Assembly: GCA_965644315.1 (NCBI GenBank)
Contig: CBFFRQ010000064.1
Coordinates: forward strand, 124,001-188,000
From: Caecitellus pseudoparvulus
Taxonomy: Eukaryota; Protista; Bigyra: Bicosoecida
Length of the DNA stretch: 64,000 nt
Direction of reading: 5' to 3'
Shown here piece by piece: positions 55,550-64,000 of this stretch. Every line of letters starts with the position of its first letter. Positions within the stretch are counted from its first letter, which is position 1. The translations under genes and the position numbers were made by a program. The notes under the pieces were generated by a model that saw only the letters and a list, made by a program, of their open reading frames with translations, did not search any database and was not told where the DNA came from.

Positions 55550-57060
55550 ATGCTTTGCAGCGCCGGCTTTGTGGCTGGGCGCACAGCAGGCCGGTGGGCG
55601 CACTCAGTGAATGCCAATACCCTAGCTCCAGTGCTGAAGACTGTGAGTAAAGCTGCGTCCATGTTGTTGTGCTTGTGCTTTGCTCGTGATACGCACGTGA
55701 CGTGCGCCTCACTTCCTCACGACGCCACTCGCAGGCGTCCCACAGCGCCGCCTTCGCACGGCAGGCGCACGTCAGGGTCGCGCAATTCTCACAGACAGCT
55801 GCCTCCACATCAGCTGCAGCAGCCGCTCCCCACCCTGGCTCACGCGCGGTGGGGTATTGGCTCGCTGGCACGGCTGGCGCTGTTGCCGCCATGATCTGCG
55901 TGGGCGGGTACACTCGCCTGACACGGTCTGGGCTGTCCATGGTGGACTGGCGCCCGCAGGGGCGCGCCCTGCCTTCCACAACGGAAGAGTGGGAGGCTGA
56001 GTTCGACAAGTACAAGGCCTTCCCCGAGTACCAAATGGTGAACCGGCACATCTCCCTGGATGAGTTCAAAGACATCTACTTCGTCGAGTGGTTCCACCGC
56101 ATGTGGGGGCGGGCGCTGGGGGCGCTCTTCTTGCTGCCTGCCGCATACTTCGCTGCCCGCGGCATGATCCCGCCCCACGTCACGAAGAAGGTCGTCCTGG
56201 CTGGGGCCCTGGGCGCGACGCAGGGTGCCGTCGGCTGGTGGATGGTGCGCTCAGGCCTGGAGCAGAAGACCGCAGACGACTTTGGCGTGCCGCGTGTGAG
56301 CCCCTACCGCCTGGCCACCCACTTGGGCTTCGCCTTCACCACCTACAGTGTCCTGGTGTGGGCAGCCATGGACTGCCTGGCCAAGGCGTCCGCGCCCCCA
56401 GCAGGCGTCGCCGCCTCCGCTGCCAAGAGCGCTGTGCGGGCGGTCAAGCCCCTGGCCGTGGGCGCCGCGGCTCTGGCAGGCATCACGGCGGCATCTGGTG
56501 CGTTCGTTGCTGGCAACGACGCCGGGCGGGCGTACAATGACTGGCCCCTCATGGCTGGTCGTTGGATCCCGGAGGAGCTGTGGAAGCCCGAGCTGGGGCT
56601 CAAGAACGTCTTCGAGAACACGGCCACCGTGCAATTCGACCACCGCATGCTGGCGTACAGCACACTGGCCTCGGCAGGCGCCATGGTGGTCGCCGCCCGC
56701 CGCCCTGGCGTCTGGTCCGCCCTGCCTGGCCGCGTCAAGCACGGCGTCATGGCCCTGGCTGGCGCCGTCTCCGGCCAAGCACTGCTGGGCATCTCCACCC
56801 TCATGCTGTATGTGCCAGTGTGGCTGGGCACGGCACACCAGGGTGGTGCCGTCATCGTCTGGACGGCAGCGCTCTCGCTGCTGCACTCGCTGCGGTCAGG
56901 GGCGGCCGGCAAGGTGGCAGCTGCTGCGGCGGCAAGCCCGGGCGTGCGGGCTGCCCTGGCGGCGCCCCTATGTGGGGTGGGAGCTGCGGCGGCAGGGATG
57001 ATCACCAAGCGAGCGCGCAGCGTGGAGGAAGGCGTGGAACAATCGGAGGCTGCGCCGTAG
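55550..57060 (+). CDS. COX15: Heme A synthase COX15 (intron 55643-55734)
   Basis: VGGYTRLTRSGLSMVDW, EWFHRMWGR, QGAVGWWMVRSGL, VSPYRLATHL, GAFVAGNDAG, VQFDHR, HQGGA. Confidence 0.96.
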
Positions 57061-57108
57061 ACTGCCGGGGGCGACGTGTGTATTGCTCAGGCGCGAGGAA
57101 CCGGCGTG

Positions 57109-60100
57109 CTACCGCTGCCCGCCAGTGCTGAATGCAGCCAGCATGGACTCCAGTTCACGGGCCGCGTCATCCTCTTGCTCTGGCGCCTCCCTTGCCACAT
57201 TCAGTCGCTTGCCCTTCATGTGGCGGCGCCACCTGTGCTCCGCTTCCGTCGCCACGCTGCCGCAATCGCCAGGCGCCGCCTCCACGGCGCCCATGTCACC
57301 CCCACCCAGCGCACGCCTGGTGCCATCTGGTAGTAGAAAGTGTGGTGGCGCGGCGGCACGCTCGTCGGCCTGCCCATCATCCACGTGCCACCCGGCTCTG
57401 TACCCTCCCGCGGGGACACTCGCGCGGTCGAGGGCTGGGGCCTCTCCAGCAGCGGCTGAGGACTCCATGGCTGCTGCAGCGTGCTGCTCTGCGCCGTCCA
57501 TCACGGCGATGGCGTCAGCCCAGGCCACAGGTGAGGGTGTGCCGGGCTCCACCTCGGGCGGGGCTGGCGCCTGCGCCAGAGCTGCCTGCCACGCCTCAAC
57601 GCCCTGCATGCTGGCCTCATGCTCTGCCTCCTGGCGAGCGACGTAGGCTGCATCCGGGACCCAGAACCCCACACGAGGGCGGCTGGCGGCAAAGCCGACG
57701 ACAGCCTGGGGTGGCGCGGGGGTGGTGGGCCCACCATGGGCTGCAGGCGGCCGGGGCACACCACGGTGCACTGCCCGCCCAGCTGCCACGTCGGACGCCT
57801 GCGCCCACACGGAGCGTGCTGCCGCGTGGCGCTGGTCCTGCACCCACGCCGCCGTGGCTTGGCCGGACTTGCGTGCGGCTGTGGCGGCTGCACGCCCCGC
57901 CAGCAGGCTCTGCCGCTGCGCGTGGGCAGAGGCAGACACTGGCCACTCGCCTATGATGGAGGGCAGGAGCTCCGAGGCCACTGCCAGCACGGCAAGGAAC
58001 TCACGCTGCTCTGTGGGCTGCGACGAGGGCGTTGCCAAGGCCTCCAGGGCATCCTCGGGGGCTGGCAGCGCCATGGGCTTGCGGGTGGCGGCTTGTGCGG
58101 CGGAGGGCACGGCGGCAGCCCCCGCTGCCACCACCCACTCCACCACTGCCGCACAGGCAGCTTCAGCAGCTCGAGCTGCGGCGGTGAGGGGGTGGGTGGC
58201 GGTGGGTGCCGCCTGCACGCTGGCGGTTGTCCCGGTTTGGACCCCCCCTTCCGGTGCCTCCAGCGCCAGCGTGCGGGCCCCAGCGAGGTCTGCCAGTGCT
58301 CCCTGTACTTCTGGGGAGGCATCAAGGAAGGCTGAGTACGCCTTCAGCGTTGCTGCATGTGCATCTGGGGCTGCTGCCAGGGTGGGGGGGACTGGCACCT
58401 TCGCGCGAGCCACCTGCCGACACATGGCCTGCAAGGCAGCTGTGTCTGCAGCGCCCACTGGGGACCCCCCCACCACCAGGCACAGCAGAGCCTCCAACGC
58501 CACGGGGATGTCTGACGGCACGGCTGATGCGGCGATGATGCGGCGGAGGGCAGCCGGTGGCGCCGGCACGCCCGCTTCCAGCGCAGCCTGGGCGTGTTGC
58601 AGCGCTGTGGGCAGGTCGCCCGCCAGCGCCCAGGACGCGACGAGGCCGCCTCGGAGCACTCGGGAGGCAGCTGCGGCGGGGCACGCCAGAATAGCGCTGC
58701 TGAGCTTGGCCAGGTCAGCATGCCGGGCATCGGCTGCCAGTGCCACAGCCAGAGCGGCGCCGAGGGTTGGAGAGAGGCCGCTGCCACCCGGCGCCTGCAG
58801 GAGGGGCAGCGTGTGGAGTGGCTGTGGCGTGTCGGGGCCCTGTTGCAGGAGCGCCAGAGCGCCTTGGAGCATGCTGCTCAGGTCTGTCCGCGCATCGGCC
58901 TCTGTGGCAAGTGCTTCTGCCCGGCGCACGCCACTGGCCCCAGACAATGCCACACTGACATCCCCAGGCAGCTCTGCGCCCCACACGGCAGGGACAGGGT
59001 GCACGCCTGGCTGCAGCTTTGCATCAGCTCGCCCGGCGTTGGGCTGTGCCTGGGCCTGGGCCTGGGCCACGCCGGCAGCTGCCTCCAGCGCCGACACCTG
59101 GGCAGAGGACAGGGGCACCCCGCCCTGTCCAGCCTGCACTGCCCGGGCAGCCTTGAGCTGTAGCAGGAGGGGCCGGGCCTGTGCCGCCTCCTGGGGTGTG
59201 AACAGGTCCGCACACTTGACGTGGGGCAGCGCAGCCAAGGCGGCGGCGACGGCGCGGGCATGCGGCACGACGCCCACCTCCAGGGCGGCATCCAGCACCT
59301 CCACCACGCCAGCGTGGTGCCCTTGACGGGCGAGGCATTGCATCAGCGCCGTGAACACCCGTGGCTGCACGTTCCAGGTCGGCGCCAAGGCGGCGGCGGC
59401 GGCGGCATCCGACGGCTCCTGCACCAGGCGCCGCAGAGCAGCCGTCGCCGTGTCCAGGTCCGCCCCACCCTCCACGCCCCCCTCCGCCTGCACACACACC
59501 TCCAGCAAGGCCAGAGCGGCCTGAGGCGGCGCATAGGCTGGTACGGTCTCTGCCAGGGCCAGCTGCACGGGTGAGCCCAGCGCCACGCCATCTGCCTGCG
59601 CCATGTGAAGCAGGTACGCTGCTGCGGCAGGGGACCCCCCAGTGGCGGGCGTCAAGCAGCGCAGCATGAGGGCCAAGGTGGTGGGGGAGGGGTGCACGCC
59701 GCTGCCCTGCATGGCGCGCCAGGTGCGTGCCAGCCAGTCCAGGGTGAGCCCCCCCCTCCCTGTGATTTCGTGTGCTTGGCGCACGGCTGTGTGAGGCGGG
59801 TTGCGGTGCCTCGCGTGGCGCTTGTCATGGGGGGCTGTGCCGGCTCCACTGGCCGCGCGGGGCGTGTCCGCTGAGGGGGTGTACTCCCGGGGCGTGCCGG
59901 TCACAGGTACGCTGGACAGCTGTGGCGGCACGAGGGAGATGCCAGCGGGTGTGGCTGCCGCCACAGCTGCCATGGCGGCGCCGAAGCCGAAAGGGTCGCC
60001 CGAGGCAGGGGAGGGGCCCACATCCCCCGGCTGCAGGGCATCGCCCAGCCGTGCTACCCCCCCCTCATCCCCCCCCGTGGCCAGCTGTTCCAGGAGACCG

Positions 60101-61075
60101 GCACATCGCTGGAGAAGGTGGGCGGGCCAGGTGGCGAGAGTGTGTGGGTCCCGAGGCTGCATGAGCCCTCCCCGCCTCTCCCAGGGAGTGGCAGGCACCT
60201 CTCGGCTGCCAGTTGTCACCCGACGACTGGCCTGGCAGGGGTGGGAGGAGGTGGCGAGGTGGTGCCCCCCTGCACCCCCCCCCTCCCCCTCCTCCCGCAC
60301 ATCCACCACCACACGCTTGGTCAGCTTGCGGGGGGGGAAGGAAGTCTCACGCAGGGGGGGGTCACGCCCTGGAGGGGGGGGCGCGCCCCACGGCGCCGAG
60401 CTGGCCGGCACGCCATGCCGTGCCACACAGCGCAGCAGTGCGTGCCACGTGCTGCGTGAGGCAGGGGCAGCGGACGCCGCCTGCGCCGTGGACATCAAGC
60501 GCACCGCCTCACGGGTGTGCTGGGCAGCTGGCGGCAACAGGGCCAGCGCCTCAAACACCTCACGTGCCAAGTGTGGCGATGCAGTGACCTGCCGCCGCTG
60601 CAGCGTTTCCCGCAGGAAGGCGGCAGCCTGCGGAGCGGAGCCCTGGCGCACCATAACGCGAAGAACATGCCCTAGCGGCCACGTCACGTTGGCGCCTGGC
60701 TCTGCGCTGCGAAGGAAGGCCTCCACCTCGCCTCGCCCGGCAGCCACTGCCCCGTCAGCACAGGCAGCGTGCACCCGCAAGGCGGCCGCATGAGCGCCGG
60801 TGGGCGCAGTCGGTGCAACTGACGCACGCTCTCGTCTTGTACTTGTGATTTCATGCTGTCTTGACGTGCCCCGCGGTCCCTTGGCTGCTTGTGGCGCGAC
60901 TCGAGGCCGCTGCAGTGCCTGAGCCAGCAAGCGGAATATGAACCGAGTGCAGCTGTGGGCTTGCATGCACCCCCAGGTCCATCGCGAGATGGCCTGGGCG
61001 CACAAGCGAAGGCTGACAAAGGCTGATACTCACTGCAAACCGGAGGGCCCTCTGGGCAACAGCCCTGCTGGCCAT
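57109..61075 (-). CDS. Degenerate pentatricopeptide-repeat-like protein, probably mitochondrial (putative intron 60919-61033)
   Basis: PPR-like units STWHALLRCVARHG, WRAMQGSGVHPSPTTLALMLRCL, VFTALMQCLARQGHH..GVVPHARAVAAAL. Arg/Ala-rich N-terminus MASRAVAQRALRFA. Confidence 0.6.
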
Positions 61076-61471
61076 GGGTGCCGGATTCAGACACAAGCTG
61101 CTTCTACTGTCCCGGCCAGCCTTTCTGCGTGGCAAGCTGGACCTGGCAGGCCCGCAACAACTGTGCCTAGAACCTCCTTCAGTACAACCACGCACCAAGC
61201 ACCATGCTTGAAGGTGCCATCCATTGGACGGCACGGGTGGTACTGTGCGACGCCCAGGCACCTTGGTTTTGAACGGCTGCGGTAATTGGTGCTTGCCATG
61301 GTGCACAGGCGGCACTTCCCCGTGCAGGCCAAAACCCCACCCAAGACGCATCACCCATGCACCCCCTATCCCACCCAGAAGGGGGTCCTGACATGGTCAG
61401 GCCGTGTGCCAAGTGCGTGCGAGCTCAATCTCGCCCGACGCTGGTCCCGCCCACGCCAGAAGCCTGCCAGG

Positions 61472-62878
61472 ATGCTTCGGGTTCTGCGTGCAGCTGCAGT
61501 CAGTCGTCCATGCATCAGCACCATCGGCTTGCACACTCATAGACACGCTTTGCAGGCCGCTGCACCGCACGCGGCCCTCGCGTGGCGGGCTGTCCTGAGC
61601 GGCGTGGCGTGCGGAAATCGCTCTGCCAGCACCACAGCCCAGGCGCCTGCGCCCCCCCGCAAAGCGCGGCTCCTCGCGACAGTCATCGCCAAGAGCATCA
61701 ACCTTGCACACCTGCAGCGTGTGTTGTCAAACTCTGCTGCCGCCTCGCAGTGGTTCGTGTCCCACGCCCCCGATGCGCTGGTGCTGTCCCGCCGACCCCG
61801 TGACGCTGCCGTGCGCGAGGGCGTCGCCAACCAGCACCCCTTCCCCCGCCAGGCCTCGCACGTCGTCGTGCACCGCCGGGGATCGGTCGTCCTCATCAAC
61901 TGCGACGTGGCTGGTGCACAGGGCGTGCTGAGCCTGCTCATGGACACCAGCACGGGGGTGGCAGCGCCGCCAACGCCCGTGCCGCCCGCCGGTGACATCG
62001 TCGCAGCACTCCAGGCCACGCCCCCCCGCAGCCTGGCACAGCGGTTGTACAGGTGGATCACCGCTGTGAGGGGCAGCATGGCCCAGCGCCCTTCTGTGGG
62101 GCCCACCTCCCCACCCCCCCCTCGACCCCCAGCAGCCTTCGCCTCTGCCTACCTGGCCCGGCACTGGTTCGGCACAGGCGACGCGCCGCCGCCCCCCGAC
62201 GCACCCGACGCGCCTGCTCGGCGATCTGCCCTGCTCGGCAAGCCCGTGGACTTCATGACCATCGGCACAGACGGCGCCATCCCCGTGGGCACGTGGGCTG
62301 TGCTGCAAGACAGCCCCCGCCCCCGCCTGGCCATCCGGCGCCTGGACCTGTCATCCGTGTGGCTGGTGTCTGCGGCACTGGCGCACTCCGTGCAGCTGCA
62401 GCAGGTGGAGCGTGCCGTGGAGGGCCTGCACGGCGCCCTGGTGGAGCTGAGTTCGCAGGTGGCGCGGGGGCAGGCCACTGCCGTACCCCGAGCGGCTCTG
62501 CACAGCCTGCGCTCCCGGGTGACGCAACTGCGGGACAGCGTGTACCTGTTCAACCTGTGGGGGCGTGCACGCACTGCGCTGGCCCGCAACTCGCCCTCCT
62601 CCGCCACTAGCCTGGACAGCCACGCCGGGCATGAGAGGCTGGCGGAGCTGCTGGAGGAGGAGCTGGAGCTGGTCAGCCGGCTGGCGGATGTGGAGGGGGC
62701 GCTGGAGCACGTGGACTCCACGGTGAAGTATGTCGTGGCGGAGCAGGAGGAGGGCAGCATCCACCGCCTGGAGGTGCTCATCGTCATCATCCTGTCCCTG
62801 GAGCTGGCGTTCTCCCTGTGGGAATTGTCGGGGGGGGGGCATGAGGTCCACGCCAGCGCCGCCGCCCAGGCAGTCTGA
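61472..62878 (+). CDS. RMD1/RMND1 (DUF155) family protein with mitochondrial-type presequence
   Basis: AKSINLAHL, GSVVLIN, SAALAHSVQL, EEELELVSRL, HRLEVLIVIILSLEL C-terminal TM. Confidence 0.8.
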   Translation: MLRVLRAAAVSRPCISTIGLHTHRHALQAAAPHAALAWRAVLSGVACGNRSASTTAQAPAPPRKARLLATVIAKSINLAHLQRVLSNSAAASQWFVSHAPDALVLSRRPRDAAVREGVANQHPFPRQASHVVVHRRGSVVLINCDVAGAQGVLSLLMDTSTGVAAPPTPVPPAGDIVAALQATPPRSLAQRLYRWITAVRGSMAQRPSVGPTSPPPPRPPAAFASAYLARHWFGTGDAPPPPDAPDAPARRSALLGKPVDFMTIGTDGAIPVGTWAVLQDSPRPRLAIRRLDLSSVWLVSAALAHSVQLQQVERAVEGLHGALVELSSQVARGQATAVPRAALHSLRSRVTQLRDSVYLFNLWGRARTALARNSPSSATSLDSHAGHERLAELLEEELELVSRLADVEGALEHVDSTVKYVVAEQEEGSIHRLEVLIVIILSLELAFSLWELSGGGHEVHASAAAQAV

Positions 62879-62884
62879 CGGCAC

Positions 62885-62894
62885 CAATGCATTG
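62885..62894. terminator. Palindromic CAATGCATTG: candidate bidirectional 3'-end signal between convergent RMD1-like and WASHC5
   Basis: Perfect 10-bp palindrome in a 19-nt gap between stops. It presents AATGCA on both strands. Confidence 0.55.
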
Positions 62895-62897
62895 CGC

Positions 62898-64000
62898 TCA
62901 GGAGACATTCAGCGTGGCCAGAATGTGGGGCGGGAAGTGCCGGTGCAGGAGGGGCGTTGGAAGGCTGCCCAAGGCTGCCAGCGCCGTGATCACCCACAGC
63001 AGGCGCGGAACGTCAGTGGGCACGGAGGGGGACCGCGCAGTCATGGCCTCGTGCACTGCCGTGCGCGTAAAGTGCGCTGTGAACGCCAGGAACTGCGCCG
63101 CCACGTCGGGGTGCAGCTGGCGCAGCAGCGCCCCCACGCCCGCCACCAGCGACAAGCCGTCGTACTGGTGCTTGGCCCGCCGTGCTGGGATCAAGGTGGC
63201 CACCTCCCCGTCGTACTCCAGCTGCCCCACCGCGTGCAGGACGACACAGCCCAAGTACACGCCGAACCAGGGCAGGGCCTCTGCAGTGGAGTAGATCTTA
63301 GCCATGGGGTCCCCCAGGCCCGCCGCCTCCACATGCTTGGACAGCTCGGGCAGCAGTGGGGAGGCCCGGGCGGGGTAGGGCGCCGTGTCTGGGTCTGCGT
63401 AGTGCCGGCGCACATCCCGCATGAGGGCGTCGTTCATGGTGCGCAGGGCGTTGAAGAGCAAGTTGCTGTCCAGGCGGCAGCTGAAGAGCAGCTGGTGCTG
63501 CAGGTGCAAGCGCAGGAGCTGGGAGCGGCCGACGTCCACGAGGAGCCCCGCGATGTCAGGTAGGAACTTGAAGGACTTGAGGGCGGAGGCGAAGCCCTTG
63601 ACGCCTGCGGGGGACACGCGACCGGGTGGGCCCACCGTCAGCACCACGCGCTTCAGCTGGTCCCCGCCGCCGTCCTGCACCGTGCGGTGGAAGCCCTTGA
63701 AGATGCGGTCCACGAGGTGCCCGACGTTGAAGGCGAGGACACGGTCCACGCCCGTGAGGCCCGGTGTGCCCAGGGCGCCGTGCATGAGGCTGAAGAACGT
63801 CAGCCCCAGCACTTCACTCCCGTCGCCTGCCACCCAGCCGTGCGCTGCGGGGGAGTACAGCGCGTGGCCGGGCGCCGCCAGCTCGATGAGGGCGCTGGCC
63901 ATGCGGCCCATGAAGGTGGAGCCGCCCTCGTCCAAGTGCAGGGGGATGGGGCAGGCGCTGGACTGGTGCACGGAGGCGCTGGGCAGGACCTTCTTCTTGA
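62898..64000 (-). CDS. WASHC5: WASH complex subunit strumpellin, C-terminal part (truncated by window end)
   Basis: TFMGRM, GLTGVDRVLAF, VGRSQLLR..LLFSCRLDSNLL, LLPELSKHVEAAGLGDPMAKIY, DGLSLVAGVGALLRQLHP. Confidence 0.9.
   Translation of the reverse strand, partial: KKKVLPSASVHQSSACPIPLHLDEGGSTFMGRMASALIELAAPGHALYSPAAHGWVAGDGSEVLGLTFFSLMHGALGTPGLTGVDRVLAFNVGHLVDRIFKGFHRTVQDGGGDQLKRVVLTVGPPGRVSPAGVKGFASALKSFKFLPDIAGLLVDVGRSQLLRLHLQHQLLFSCRLDSNLLFNALRTMNDALMRDVRRHYADPDTAPYPARASPLLPELSKHVEAAGLGDPMAKIYSTAEALPWFGVYLGCVVLHAVGQLEYDGEVATLIPARRAKHQYDGLSLVAGVGALLRQLHPDVAAQFLAFTAHFTRTAVHEAMTARSPSVPTDVPRLLWVITALAALGSLPTPLLHRHFPPHILATLNVS

Noticed and set aside
12745-57060. Genome-wide TAG reassignment
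   Set aside because: TAG is the true stop of conserved genes here (RPF1 KKRFFL*, COX15), so the standard code holds.
1-64000. Hundreds of overlapping or antisense ORFs in the track (e.g. 1120-2028 +, 57722-59326 +, 31150-32301 -)
   Set aside because: These are shadow frames expected at high GC. They have no recognisable motifs and lie opposite well-supported genes.

Overview
This is gene-dense, GC-rich nuclear DNA from a unicellular eukaryote, not a prokaryote. Genes carry short spliceosomal GT-AG introns (mostly 67-120 nt, donors often GTGCGT or GTGAGT). The gene set is eukaryotic housekeeping: VMA21, class II dihydroorotase, SCPEP1-like S10 peptidase, cytosolic carboxypeptidase, ATG4, RCE1, PP4c, SOL-type calpain, AUH, eL30, HEATR6, PI31, DDX42-like helicase, UPF3, RPF1, COX15, PPR-like, RMD1/DUF155 and strumpellin. 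A heterotrophic flagellate such as a stramenopile is my guess and is inference only. I see about 31 genes, many in convergent pairs with stops only 16-94 nt apart. Three observations stand out. (1) The hexamer AATGCA lies on the sense strand within 75 nt after the stop of 18 of 30 genes, and as a shared palindrome AATGCATT between three convergent pairs. It is a candidate non-canonical, bidirectional 3'-end/polyadenylation signal. (2) An accessory-looking island at ~23.7-27.4 kb holds a tandem pair of diverging 181-aa H...NC (PPPDE/LRAT-like) proteins. (3) There is a ~1,920-aa NHL-LCCL-EGF type I surface receptor. I recognised no rRNA, tRNA, CRISPR array or transposase. All family calls come from motif recognition by eye, without database searches.
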